This document shows, piece by piece, positions 23,801 to 37,260 of a stretch of 64,000 nucleotides of DNA. Location: assembly GCA_000708835.1 (NCBI GenBank), contig DF237004.1, positions 131,480-195,479 on the forward strand, in the 5' to 3' direction. Below the pieces are notes generated by a model. That model ran no database searches. It worked only from the letters and a program-made list of their open reading frames with translations, and was not told the DNA's origin. Position 1 is the first letter of the stretch. Each line of letters opens with the position of its first letter. Made by a program: the position numbers and the translations under genes. This stretch comes from Klebsormidium nitens (taxonomy: Eukaryota; Plantae; Klebsormidiophyceae).

Positions 23801-26800
23801 NNNNNNNNNNNNNNNNNNNNNNNNNNNNNNNNNNNNNNNNNNNNNNNNNNNNNNNNNNNNNNNNNNNNNNNNNNNNNNNNNNNNNNNNNNNNNNNNNNNN
23901 NNNNNNNNNNNNNNNNNNNNNNNNNNNNNNNNNNNNNNNNNNNNNNNNNNNNNNNNNNNNNNNNNNNNNNNNNNNNNNNNNNNNNNNNNNNNNNNNNNNN
24001 NNNNNNNNNNNNNNNNNNNNNNNNNNNNNNTTGTTTTCTTTCGTTCTTGCTCACCCACTTTCCGTGACACCCTGCACTCATTGCCCAATGGAAGATTCTT
24101 CAAAAAATCAACGGAAGGTTTGGGGCTCCTGTTCATCTCATCCGCAGCTTCGCATAACGTATCCGTCACTTTTGGTGCAGTTGTTCAAACAAAAGGCGGA
24201 CGCCGTACTCGGGGCGGCTGGCTGGCCCGGTACTTGCCCCGGAGTCCGGTCAAGCAGCGGCGGACCGGATGGCAGCGGAACAGCCGGAACGGAAGACGGT
24301 TTGAGCAACGAACTTCTTCCCATGGCGGCACACATAAGGGTAAGGTCTTGCGCTCGGCCGAACAGCTGGTGTTAATCAGGGCCTAAGCTGAACATTCTAT
24401 CGACCTTTGCTCACAACGAGTACACGTTTCTCAGAGGCTCATGGACGGAATCTGTACCGAACTGTGTTGTGTGGAGGGATGCGGAACAACAGGGAGGAGC
24501 CTACCATCCAGTCTCTATTGCGTCAGAACATGAGCAAATTTTCGGCGGACACTCTTCCTTGCACTTTTGAGGAGCTCAGGGCTTGTTTCTCTATTTTTTG
24601 CAGGTATGGTCCGATGAGACTCAAAGCTTCAAGACAGCGTCCCTGCCGGTACGTCACCAATGCGTCACTCCACGTTATTTTCTTCGAACGTGGGACCCTA
24701 GCGTATGCGAGTTTGGATTGCCGCAATTTGAACCAGGGTTAGCTGGGGTTTGCAGGGGATCAGATTTGTGTAGGAGGCGAAGTCGCAGGTTTGCCACTTC
24801 TGGGTTGCACTCCGTTGCTTAAAAGAGGCTAGTCTTGAGTGATCCACGTGGCTGTCACGGCGCCCTTGAACCTGCAACACCAGCTTTAGATTCGCCGCGA
24901 GATTTTTGCACGTGCAGATCGGGGCGACGAGCCGCTTCATGATATATGCTTCTTGGTCGCTTGACGCGAGCGAGCCGGCCAGGCTTTCTTTAGCCACACC
25001 ACGATCATTGCTCCGTTCACTTTTTTTGTCCTTTCAATGCCACTCGGCATTTGCAAATGACGTCGTCAATGAAACTGGACCCTTGATATTGACGTCGTCA
25101 CTGCTTCTAGAGTGACCTGTCAGCCGTTTTTTGCTTGGGTCGCCCTTCGAAAGACCCGCAAATAACTAAGCTGCTAGTATTCGACGTCGCTGCAGGGCCT
25201 CTGCGTACACGAGAGCGCGTTTCTGCTCCGGACGCAGGAAGCGGTCCGTATGTCCGTTCTGGCGTCCGATTCCAGCCCGCGAAAGTCGAAAGACACCCAC
25301 GATTCACTTGGAAAAGTCAGAGGCTTCGACATGCTCCATAAGCTTACAGGTGGGACCTCGCGCTGCCTCATTCTTTTTCCATCCGCACCTTTTGCTTCTT
25401 CTCTTTCCTTCTCCGTGCAATTCTTGCTGCCGCTTCCTCGAAGCCTATCCCTATTGGTTTCCATCCTCCGCAAAGACGAGCAGCCGGGCTTCTTGCTTGA
25501 GTGTCTCCGTTTCTTGTCTGCTGCCTGCGGGATTGAAAGCCGCCGTGTCTGAGTTGTGTGCGGCATCTGCAACAGCTTTTTCTGGAAGCTTTTCTCAACG
25601 TTTCCGTTCTTTCCGTTGTCCCGTCCGGCGACTGGTCCGAGCCCCGGGCTAGCAGACTGTGTGCGCAATTTGAGGACGTTTCGAAACTCCCAAGTTTCTA
25701 TCTCTCCTCAAACGGCAACTCAGATATTCTTCCAAGATTATTTTACGATCATTCGCTTGCGACACGTGCTTTGTAGGAATCGAATGATTGCTCGGTCGTT
25801 CATACGTCTGTCTTCGTTTTCTGCAGGTTCACTTCCCCTGCTTGGCTCGCGGCTCCGTGTTGCGGGCGTTTGCGACCTACTTCATGCACCGGGCTTGCTC
25901 GGTTGACGACTCGGTTCCTTCTACCGGGGGCCCCGTTGTTCCATTAGACTTTCTCGTAGGTATGAATCGGGGAGGATTGGCCCCTCATAGGCACTGGAAT
26001 CTTACAGACCCTCGCGCACCATTCGCGTCGCTGGTAAGGGACACCGCAATTGGGAGAAAGAAAGGTGAGAAGTGCAGTAGTTTAGATGTGGTAGAGGAAG
26101 AAGATAGGCATGAGCATCCGGATGTTTTAGGCATGGCTCTCAACTTTTTTGGGGTTGCGAAGATGCTAAGAAAGGATTCGCGGATCCTTGGGACAGGTTT
26201 TGAGCGGCCGAGGGGAAGACATAGCAGGCGCAGCTCGGAAAACGAGCCCGCTCTAGAGCTCTTGCTGGGTGTAGATCGGACGAGTAGGCCGAACTCTAGA
26301 AGGACGTCACGCGCGGATCGTTAGATGAGTTATAGCAGCCGCTGATGGATTGCCGCATTAGCGTCCATCCTCCGGTATAAGTGCTGCACAGAGTCGTCAA
26401 AACGTAAAGAACCATTTCACCGCGTCAATTGGTTTTCGATACCAGAATAGATGGAGGTGCACACTGCAGGACTGATAGACAAGACCGCTTTTTTGTTTGC
26501 GAGCGCAGCCACAAGGAATGTTACTGCAGGAGATATGCGAGGAATCCGGTCTAAGAAACAGGCCGGACTTGATACTCAAGCTAGCTAGTGCCGGGACTTT
26601 GGTCTGATTGTACAAAACATTTATGTTCACACCGTGAAAATCAAGCGGATCGTTTGATTGCCGGCGACTTTGTGGGATTCCGTTCGCGCGCGCTGCCTTG
26701 ATCATTGAGTTGATGTACATACTACAGTCCCGTCGACCTCAGGCTGCTTGCTTGAAGCTTCAGTTCGACTGCTTTTGTTTCCAGAACATTTTTGGACATG

Positions 26801-27028
26801 TTTGATTCCGGCCAGCTCATTAACAAGTCAGTCTCTGTAATCAAATCGCGTCTCGAGATCACAGCTTTAGCGCGCCGACTACCGGGACTGGCTTTGCTGA
26901 AACCCGGAGCCGTTCATGAATTAATGCAAGATCGAAACAAGCTTTGCGCCCTTGTGCACTCCTTCCTTAATCCAGGTTCTGTTTTAGAATCTGATCGCGA
27001 CTGCATGTGTGTGGCATGGAGAGGCTAA
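17805..27028 (+). CDS. Uncharacterised long multi-exon protein, probably alpha-helical; start, stop and some exons uncertain; spans the N gap
   Basis: Phase-compatible GT-AG exons: 17942-18216 (RIDHFTAELDAMLQIL...FLSILHE), ~18710 (AQPAAAQKAKESWLDCLK), ~19050 (VLLEGSAWKPLPL..DWTLK), 19621-19848 (DDVREATFYEIEFCCAILVAAEL..ELVDVIAW), ~20490, ~20870 (MFVHVMDVYVIPGLVLLL), ~22290-22500, ~24180-24340, ~25200, ~25830, ~26870 (ALARRLPGLALLKPGAVHELMQDRNKLCALVHSFLNP). No family recognised. Confidence 0.6.
21601..21780. repeat. A/C-rich, nearly G-free low-complexity tract with a poly-A run
   Basis: No G on the + strand from 21601 to 21689; an A run near 21700-21716; then again almost no G to ~21780. Confidence 0.9.
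23566..24030. other. Assembly gap (465 N)
   Basis: Run of N. The ORF-track entries crossing it are artefacts. Confidence 1.
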
Positions 27029-27577
27029 GTGGTCGCATGCATGTTCTAATGCATGCGGGTTCATGTGGGCCGGCGGCGGAACTCCTCAGCATATCATCTT
27101 CGGCTGGCCTTATCGGGACTTTTCGAAGCTTTGCAAGCTCGGCCGTATGTACAGATTAGTAATGATCGGTAAGGGGACACGCAATAGTAGATTCATTAAA
27201 GTAGGTGTCTGACGTAACAATCATATAAGGGTCGGACTTGCTGCATATTGGGATGATGGTTCATCCGGTTCCGTTCTGAAATCATGTGAAAGGTTCGAAC
27301 CAAAAAGGACCTGGAGCGAGACGCGCTTGATGCAAGCTAGCCAAAAGTCTCAGATGCCATGCTGATCCAATGATCCCGCAAAGAGCGCTTTAACTCGTAG
27401 CGCTCGTTCGATCAGAATGTCAATGTTACAGGAAAAAGAAACAACGGAGTAAATGACCAAAGGGACCTATCCAGTGTCCTATGGATAATACCTATGCAAG
27501 CATGTGCTGTCAGGACTCAAAGGAGAGTTTTCGAACATCGCGACTTCAGTTTTAACCGAATTGACTAACATTGGTTA

Positions 27578-30500
27578 TCAAACCATCGAAGCTGCCGCAA
27601 TCAGAATGCCGCTGAGTACGATACTTGCGCTCAAGGTCTTTCCGCTGCCTGCTGCTCCACCCGAGGTTTGTGCGCCGACGTCACTCGTGTTCGCTCCGTT
27701 GGGAGGGGGAGGAGAGGGGTCCGTTGGGCTGGGTGTAAGCTCAGGGGTGGGCGTCGCTGTGGGAGACGCTGGCATGAGCTTTGGCGGAAGCGCAACGGTC
27801 GGAGGAATGGCCGAGCAGCTGGACAGAGTGAACTGCGGCTGATCGTCCGTGACGTTGGTCGAGCACTTGGAGACGGGAGCGATGGAGTTGAACAAAGTGG
27901 ACGTGAGGCAGCCGCACGTGCCGTCAAAGTTGAGGCAGGGCGCGTACAGCCTCTTGCAGCCGCCGGTGGAGAAGGAGAGGATGTCGACACCGCTTGAGAT
28001 CCCGTCCGTGGCGTCGTGTAGGAAGAAGGCGAGGTCGGTGGAAGACGATTTTGCGAAGACGCCAGCGTAAGCGGTCCCAGGCCGGTTTGCGGTGTCGTAA
28101 GCGATGACCATGGTCGTCATGGTCGAAACACTCAGTTCCTGGAATGAACAATGATCAGGAAATACATAAGAAGCACGCCAAATTTGTTCGCCTAGCACGT
28201 TCATGAACCGGAATTCCTATTCTGAGCAATCAGCTCTGCCTTGAATACCGAGAAACGGTGAGTTCTGTGCTGTACAGCTGCTTCCAAATCAGTGCGAATC
28301 TCATGCAGCGAATCAACGGACCCCAGGAACACCTACTATCGGATGCTGCATACCTCAGATATAGCTCCTGCATAGATTGGCTTGGAGGGGTCATTTGTCA
28401 ACAGATAGACCAAACCATCTCTGTCGTCCACAGAAACGCCTCTGAAGGTCTGGTTGAAAGATGACTGGAGCCACGAAACAGAGCCACTCGCCACTTCTAG
28501 CCTGCAAAGCACAATTGAGAAAGGGACTTTTAGTAAGTTTTGACTCAACAAATGAAGATCCTTGCCTGAAAGCCTTTGTGTTCTCAAGTGAAGTGTGGCG
28601 AAAGACGATAATGCTTTTTCAATCCTTGCTTCATCTACTCTTTCAGTATTCGTGCTAACGGGGAAGTTCAGACGTCCAGGATCCGTACTATCACAGCACA
28701 GAATTAGGTATAAACCACGATGGATCAATGTAGATTCCGCAGTGAAACTCACCGAGCCGCAAAACTTGTCTTTCCAGAGCTGGCATTCCAGCTACTGTAT
28801 GAGCAAGCTGCGACGTAAAGATACTGCGCACTTCCTTCCATAACCACGCTCATGTAATCAGAGGTAGTTGTATCTGCTGGTCCAAGGTCTACGAAGCTCC
28901 AAACGTGTGTATCTAGATTGACCTTCAGCACCTGCAGCAGGGAGTATTGCTTTGAAATGTATGCGGATTCCGATAGATCTTGCACTTCGAAATTCATCCA
29001 AGCAAATCCTCTTGAGGTCCTGGTGGTTCCGAACGGCCAGCTTTGAAGCTGGCATGTTGATTGTGTTTGATACATGTGAAACAGATAGCGACATAGAAGC
29101 GTTCAGAAATCATGTACCTCACCTGAACCTTTCCACCGGACCGGTTTGCATCCTGAGAGACGTAGAAGGCGCTTCTTCCAGGAACATCGAACGCGACTCC
29201 CGAAACGAATGGCAAGAAGCCCTTCGGCGAGAGCTTAGGCCCAGGAGCTGGGTTGCTGGGGTCCGAGAGATCATATAAAGCAAGGGTGGATCCCATGCAA
29301 ATCCACAAAGTCTTTGTCAGCGGGTCATAGGCGATGCTGTTGAACGTTTCTCGCGAACGAAGGTCTTGAGATGGTCCGAACACTGTCATTTGGCTGCCTG
29401 CATCAGGAGAAAATGGATTGGATTCTGCAGCCTGAAGTTTGCACAGCTAGGATTTAGGTGAAAATCTTGGACAGAAAAGTGCAAAATTCACACAGTTCAA
29501 TTCATTGCTTTGTTGTGACTGCCAGAAGCTGCTCAAAAGCTCTTGTCACTAACCTGCTTTGAAGCTTCAGACTTACTTGTATAGTTGACGATTGACAGCA
29601 TGTTGCTGAAGCTTGATGGGGATCTTTGAATAGCGGTCGCCAGATAAGCGAGTCCTCTGGCAGTATCCATGGCAAACAGCTGAGCTTCATTGGGGGTGGT
29701 CAAGCTGATGGACTCATCAGGACATCGGAACACGTTGCTTTGATTGAGGCTAAGAGATACTGGGATTCGCCAAAACTGCAGGAAAGAAATATACACGAAA
29801 GCAGATTAGATTTCTAAGGGATTGGAAGGCATCTCAATGAATGCAATGAAGTTGAGTCCCAGCAACCTGGTCATAATGTCGTATTTCGAGCTTTCGAAGC
29901 AGCTTAACAACGATCCAAACGATGTTTGAAGAACGATATCTGCCTCCAAGATCGTTCAAAATTCGGGATTTCAACAGTTTACCTGTTGGTCGATCGCAGC
30001 AAAGAGATACTCTTCCGTTTCATCCAGAAACAGATTGCCGTACCGATTTGACCTGCAAGCAAACCACATGAACTCTGTTACCAACCTAGGTTCCGACCAG
30101 AGCAACCTTTGCAAACGAAAACCAGCGCAGAACAACCTAGCGTCTAAGTTTTACTGTTCTGAAACTCGATAGAAGGTCACAAGAATGCAGCAGTCCTCCT
30201 TGCTGAACCAATTTGAAATGGATGAACTCAAAATTTTGGGCCTCATATGAATACTCACGTATCGTGCATCTGAAGGTCGGAAATGACGGTGATCTGCGCA
30301 GCGAACCACCAAAGAAGCGTAAGCTCGCTGGTATACATTAGTAGAAGGATAGTCCAGAAATGTTTGAATCTTCTCATTTTCTTCTTTATCAATGATAGGT
30401 AGCGTCTCCCGATCTGACCTCTGCTACGCTCCTCTCATGGTTACATAAAATCAGTAACATTTGCGCGCAGCAGAGCTTAGGCAGGATGTTTCTTTCTGAA

Positions 30501-30928
30501 TTTCGTTTAGCTTGTTGACTGCGTGACTTGCCTTGCTAGGAAAATAGGCTCTCTCTCTGTGCACGGTAGAAACAACTAGAACATTGTTTCTCCTGGAAAC
30601 AACGTCGTGGATCTCGCCACTTTTACAACCATTCGGAAAATCTTGGAATTTGGAGGTTGGGGGTAGAACACAGAGCTCCCTGAAAGATACAAAAGAACAA
30701 GGGGACAGACAATAGGTGTCTGTTGCTTGGTTCTTCGGCTGGTGGCACCAACATAATGAAAAATAGGTCCTTTAGCCCCAGCTTCTAGAAACAACGTACC
30801 TGATTTGCGGATCCCCCTGGCAGGCATCCAGGAAACGCGTACACAGATTTAGTGGCAAAGCTCAAAAGACCGAGAAGAGCCAGCAGAGCTGAAGAACAGG
30901 AAAAGCGCTCATTCAGCCAGCCAGCCAT
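27578..30928 (-). CDS. Secreted, probably GPI-anchored surface protein, paralogue A (signal peptide, beta-propeller-like repeats, Cys-rich domain, Pro-rich stalk, hydrophobic tail); multi-exon
   Basis: N-terminus MAGWLNERFSCSSALLALLGLLSFATKSVYAFPGCLPGGS. Repeats such as FAMDTARGLAYLAT and FNSIAYDPLTKTLWI. C-terminus GGCKRLYAPCLNFDGTCGC...PSPPPPNGANTS...SGKTLSASIVLSGILIAAASMV*. Colinear with paralogue B. Confidence 0.8.
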
Positions 30929-32256
30929 CCTGCGAGCTGTAGGAGTCGTCCTTTCTGGTCCCCACGCTTCGACCTTCCAATTAGTATCCTGGAAGGCTCT
31001 ACCGTCTCCACAGCCTCGCACTAGCGCAAACAGAAGTTCCAGTCGTTTGGTACTGCTCAGCCGAGGCAAGACTTGATACAAGACAGCCGAAACCCACTGT
31101 GCCAGAGGGCGCACTAACACGAATTCAGCAATGATCGGCCTTTCAGATGGGGACCAGAGGGGCGCCCTCGCCCGTCCTCGCTCGAAATACCTTGTTTTTC
31201 AAGACGAATAAAAATGCTAGATCTTATGTGGCGGGAAACAATCTGCATACAGTATTTGCAATCCGCTCTGAGCAGTCTGAATTTCAAGCTTCAGGCCGGG
31301 CTCAGTGACGATCCGCGGCCGCGCGCCGCGTCGAAGCTGGTGACTCACTAGCTGGTGGTCAACACCAGTCTATTTTGGGTGAGACGCTGGCATGCAATCG
31401 GTAGAGACCCGAACACCCTCGCGCCTCGTAACTACGTCAGCAAAAAGTTCTTTAATAGAGGGGACCACTGACGGTACACTGCGTCCAAGGCTTCATCATT
31501 CATATTGCAAAGCCGTTATGTAATCATTCCTATCTCAACTTCTGCCAACCGACACGACACATACGTGTCTGCAAGCTTGGCTAGAAGGAGTAGCCTGAGA
31601 TTCAATCCCCTTAGAAAGTACTCTTATAATAATCTGTGACTCTCCATCAAGCGCATCATGCACTTTGAGACATGACCATTACGTTCGTAGTATGCCGCTT
31701 TGAAGCTTCAAGATTCATTTAATTGTAGCCAAGATAACTTATGATAGGTGCATTGTCTACTTCGAAAACTAGCAGGCCCGATAATCCGAATGGTGACCAG
31801 CTTTGTGGTACTCCGGCTAAGCTCGACGACCCCGTCGAACTGAAGGAGCTAGATCATACTCGGAATCAAACGTTTGGCATCACCCACAAGGATAAAAATG
31901 AAATTTCCGATGCGACCATACGGAGTCATCACGATATAAAGGCTCGCTATTCAGATCAAGCGAATGTCAACCGCTAATTTGATTTTCCTAGAGTTAACAG
32001 ACTTCATAACGGACACGGAGGGCAGCTCCTCCCGTATCGTCTTGACGTAGGTGTCTCAAAAAAATTCCGGTGCGAAGGTCAGCCTAATGGCAGCGAAATA
32101 TTGATCCGCCCTAAACTGCACGAAGTATGTTTCTTCGAATGCAACCCGCTGCACTTGGCCACTTGCTCTTTCTACCACCAATTGTCACAACCTCGGATTA
32201 ATGGTCACAAAGCCTCCGTTTTTCGTTGGTTTCTCTTCATAGAGACGACCTCCTCC

Positions 32257-35200
32257 TTAAAGCAGAGCAGCGGCAACTATTGAGCTGCTCATCACCAGGA
32301 TGCCTTTGGATACTTGGAAGCCCAGCGAAGCTGCAGACTTTTTAGCCACAGTGCCGTTGCCGCTGCCAGCGGGTGGGGTCCCCGAGTTCTCCTGGCCGGA
32401 GCCCGGTGCGTTCGTTCCGTTTGTTCCGTTCGGCGAAGGTGCTGGACCCCCTCCCGGAACCAGCCCCGGAGCAGGCGCGGGAGCCGGAACCGGAACGGGA
32501 GGCGGTGGGGTGAACACCTTGGGGGGAGGTGGAAGAATGGGCGGGCTAGGAGGGGCCGGCGGGGGAGGAGCCGGGCACGTCGCCAGGGTGAAGCTTGTCT
32601 GATTATTGTCCGTGGTCGAGCACTTGGCGACCGGGGTGACCGCATTAAAGAGGGGGGAAAAGGTGCAGCCGCACGTGTTGTCGGGGTTTAGGCAAGGGGC
32701 GGCGCTCGCGCAGCCGCCGGTTGAGATGGACAGAATGTCGACGCCGTTGGCGACGCCGTCTGTGGCGTCGTGCAGGAAGAAACCGAGGTCGGTCCCTGAA
32801 CCGGACGCGAAGACGCCCGTGTATGCTGTCCCCGGCTGGTTGGCGGAGTCGTACGTCATCACCACGGAGTGCGTTGTCGAGGTTCCGAGGGGCTGGACGG
32901 AAAAGGAACTGTTGGATGCTGTCCGCTTCGTGCCAATCAGAGAGCACGTTTCTACTCAAGAACATCGGTTGCAACCTACATCAACTTTCGACAGTGAGGA
33001 GAAAGAAGGGAGAGAAACACATCAGCAAGCAGTCCGAGTTCAAATTCTCACTGGATTTCGGGGGAACTTCAATTCCGTTAGAAACTGCAGGGCAGAACAG
33101 CATCGGTTGCAAGTCACGTGCAGGGTGTCCCGTGCCGAATGAAAGGGCATGCGGTAGAAAAAGTCAAGCAATCCAATATCAAAAGCCTTGTCTCAGTATG
33201 GCGATGCGTGTACTTTTGTCGAGAAGCTCACGTTGGATGTGTTTGCCACGTAGACAGGATTTAAACGGTCGTTGGTTGAGAAATAGACCCTTCCATTCTT
33301 GGAATCGATAGCGACTCCTCGGTAGTTGTTGGCGGGAAGAGAAAATATCGATGATTGCCCCTGTGCATCAACCCTGTGGAAAAAGTACGTGAAGTTGGTA
33401 CCTTGATCCGGTTCCCTTTTGGCGCTCTGAGAATCGAAGTGATAGCTGTTCTTACGATGGAAGTTCTGAGAATTCGGCATTGCGGTTAAATGTGAATGAG
33501 CACGAGTCAATATGGATGACAAGAAGGCAAAGATGGGGGAAAAAAAAGGGGACGTAATCGTCGGTCCGTACACCTGCTCACTGTCATTTTAGGAAAGTTC
33601 TCAATGTCTGAAGAATCATCTGATGTTCAAGACTTGGACGACCGCGGTCGAACGGTTTTCTAAAACAGACTCGGCCTTACCGTAGAGCAACCGCTGCTTT
33701 CCCACTGAACGAACTGCTGTAGGTGCAGCCAGCAGCGTAGACTGCCTTCGTGGAGACATCGACCGCCATGCTTACGTAATCAACTGCAGACGTGTCCGCG
33801 GCCACAAGGCTCACGTAGGTCTTCTGGCGAGTGTCCAGGTTGACTTTCAAAAGCTGCGGCCAGAATGAGAATGTAACCTGTCAGTGAATGCTTGAAACAG
33901 CGCAAAAGAAAAGTCTGTGAAATTGCAGTTCGTTTAGTAGAAGCCGTGTGCACGAAGATGTCTCTACAGCGAGCAGGCAAGGGATGCGTGGTGCATTCTT
34001 GTGTGCGAGTCAGTCTGCTTGGAGATGGTCTGAAACCTGATTAACCTTTGGAATCACTATTACCTGCGACCTTCGAAGAGAGCAATCGGTTGAAGAGCAA
34101 GCAGAAAAGCAAAAGTAAAACCGCTGTACTTGCAGGACTTTCGGATGGCTGCTTATGTTTCCTGACGCGACCACGCGAAAATGGCTACTGATCGTGATTG
34201 TTCTTCAAGAGCTGAGCGGCATTCTGAGTGATGGATCTGGCGAGATCTCTCCTCGCTTGCATCGGGACTGAAAAGTAAAGTCATCGGGCCTTCGTTCGGA
34301 AACATTACCTGCAGGACGCCGTTTACTCTATCGGTCTGGGACAGATAATACCCGGTGCGTCCCTGGATATCAAAGGCGAAGCCCGCTGGCAGCGGTGCAA
34401 AACTAGTGGTAGTAACGACGGGCCCTGCGACTGGATTCGTGGGGTCCGACATATCGTAGAGCACCAGATTGCCTCCAAGTGACAGCCACAGCATCTTGGT
34501 CTGAGGGTCGTACGCGATGCTATTGAAGTCCGCGGTCGTGGACAAGTCCAGGGCCGAGTTTCCAACGAACGCGAACTGATCACTACCTGCAGACGAATTG
34601 ATTATATTATCGATTGCCACAACGGGATGTACCTAGTACTTTTGCAGGTCAAGCGAAGTCCCTGGCGAGTTTCCATTGCAATCAGCTTCAGGTGCGTTCT
34701 ATTGACCTTGCAGTGCTTGAAATCTGTTGATACCTCAACGAGTACATGTATGACTTCACAATATTCGAAGAGCCTGCTTGAAATTCAGCCGTCTCGCTCT
34801 TGATCACTTGCTTACTTGTGTAGTTTAAGATTGTCACTTTCATGGCAGCTCCCGTTTTCGTTGCCAAGTATGCAAGGCCCCTCTCAGGGTCGATTGCATA
34901 GCGTTGCACTGCGTTTGCCGCCGGCAAGCTGATGGAAATATCGGGGCACATGAAGACGTTGCTCTGATTCAAGTTGAGAGAAACTGGGATGCGCCAGAAC
35001 TGCACAAGAACGAGAAGTTCAAGACGCTGTACGACTTATATAGGGCAAACGCTGAGGATCTGGCGAAGAAGGGCAGCCAGCAAGGCTGCCTGGTTCGAAC
35101 GTGGGAGTTGGGTCTACTGTGTGCAGTCGGTGACAGATCTGGAGTAAAATCAACTTTGTCCTTCCAAGTTTTAAATCCAGATGTTCCAAAACAATACGAC

Positions 35201-35547
35201 ATTCGTCATAGCAATATGGTCTGCATATGAGTGGACTACTTCTCTATGTCCTGCTGGCCTGTAAGGTCGTTACAAGATTCTACCAAGCTAAAGAATTGCT
35301 TGCTACTTACTTGTTGTTTGACAGCCGCAAAGAGCAAGCCATTCGTTTCATCGAGGACGAGGTCCCCATAGTATCCTAACGTGTCATGAAACTGCAGGTC
35401 ACTGATAACCGTGATGGCGCTGGCAGAGCCACCAGGCTGGCACCCAGGAAAGGCGTTCGTTACTGAACAGCCAACGACGACCAGTACAATGCTGAGAAGA
35501 ACCTTCGCAAACAAACCATCTGAGCGCATTCCAGACGGAGCCGCCAT
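32257..35547 (-). CDS. Secreted, probably GPI-anchored surface protein, paralogue B; multi-exon
   Basis: N-terminus MAAPSGMRSDGLFAKVLLSIVLVVVGCSVTNAFPGCQPGGS. Exons FWRIPVSLNLNQSNVFMCPD.., FNSIAYDPQTKMLWL, LLKVNLDTRQKTYVSL. C-terminus CPAPPPPAPPSPPILPPPP...SAASLGFQVSKGILVMSSSIVAAALL*. Confidence 0.8.
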
Positions 35548-37260
35548 CTTGCAAGTTGCAGACGAATTTGCAGAATGTTGCGGCTTCAGACCAGCTTTCC
35601 TATATTCCTACGTCTTCAATTAGTTCTTTGCAATGCTGTCCTGTACGAGCCCTCCAGCCAGGGACCTTTCAGTGCTTTGACAGTCCTCGGCCTCGTCAGG
35701 CCACAATCACTAGGAATGTGGAGAACCACTGAAGGTCTTCCGCATCGCCAGTATTCATTTGACTAATTCTCTGCCTGCTGGCATCACGAGGCTAAGGTAT
35801 GTTCGTTCGCGAACAGCAAACTACTCTTGGCATCAGTCTTGGCTGCCAGTGCCGGAAGACGGCGATGCGAAAACGACGATAAATTTTCGTCCTGCCGAAG
35901 CGTTATGCAGACGATCATCGCTCGCGAGGTGATTGATTGTACCTACCTACTCTCTTGAGCGACAACAGATTTCGAAATGGTACGAGCGCCTGCGAAGATC
36001 GGACGGTGAAGAAAGTCGCATTGCCCAGTTGAACGGCTCGGATCGTCACACCAGGCTTACAGACTGCAAATCGACTCAACTTTCAGTTGGTCAGTATCCT
36101 ACTAAATTTCCCTCCGTGTCTAGCTACAGTAGGTAGGTTGCTTTCCCACTTGAGACTGCCGCTCACCGGCCTTGAATCCATTTAACGTGTCCCTTCCTGC
36201 CGGCCAGCTTCTGAGATCACTGATGCACGCCTCTGTATTCTGTGGTTGTAATTTGTAGTTGGTTAGCTTTTCCAACTCCAAGTCAAAGCAAGTGATCCCT
36301 TGCATCTGGATCCACTGTTGCATGGGTCTTCCCGGGACCGAGTTAAAAGAGACAAGGAATCAGGTATGCTGTTGTGAGTAGCGGCGCTGCAATAGGCAGT
36401 GCCAAGGTCTATCTTGAGTGCGGCAAAAAGGTAGTAGGAATGTGAACATTGCTGCGGATGACTTGGAAGTGAGGTTGAAGTCACCAGGGGCAAGGGAATG
36501 GGCACAAGGAGGACAGGAAAGTAAAAGTTCTCTATGAAATCTTTGGAATTAAACCTAAAAGGGGTCTCCAAGCCTATGCATTCAGGCACATAGGCATTGC
36601 AAGGGGCAGCGAGCTTGTGAGCAATCATGAAAGGAAAGGGAACGCAGTCGTCCACAGTGTCATCGCAGGTAAGAATCCTTCAGAATGTGGCTTTGATTGG
36701 TATTACAAGCAGCAGGACCTTGCTCATCGTGAGAACCGCATCCTGATAGTGGGCAGCCCCATGCAAGGAAGAGGGAACAAAGATAGCCATGAGCAGGTCG
36801 ACATTGCTCTCTCCAGCAGTCTGCAATGTATCAACTGGCATTTTGCTCGGTAAATGCTGCACAGCATTGGTGACAAAGCGGCACAGGCCTTGCGTACTTG
36901 CGCTATATGGCTGCGGCAGTGTGCTTGCCCAGGCTGTGAACCAAGCTCACAGACATCCTTGGAGGCTCCTGCTTTGGAAACTTATCAGCATGCACGAGGA
37001 CCCTCTGGGCCAGACAACCTGAGCAGGAGGATATGTGGTTTGAATGATTCCCCTGAATGAGCACTTTGTCTGCCAAAGGGCCTGGTTTCAAGACAGGCAA
37101 AGTAGAGACCCCACGAAAGCAAGGAGACAGCATTTGCACATAAAGGACAGAGCAACATTGAAGTGCATGTTTGAGACAGCCTTTCCTTGAATCACCGGGC
37201 ACCCCTTTTGTGAAGCAGTTCAACATTCTTTGGTAAACTTAGGAAGTCTTTTGGCAGGGC

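Noticed and set aside
23411-24386. Five long ORF-track entries of 173-301 aa
   Set aside because: They stay open only because they cross the 465-N gap.
27285-27310. GGTTCGAACC T-loop-like motif (similar ones near 39830 and 54915)
   Set aside because: No acceptor stem, D-arm or anticodon arm could be folded, so no tRNA is called.
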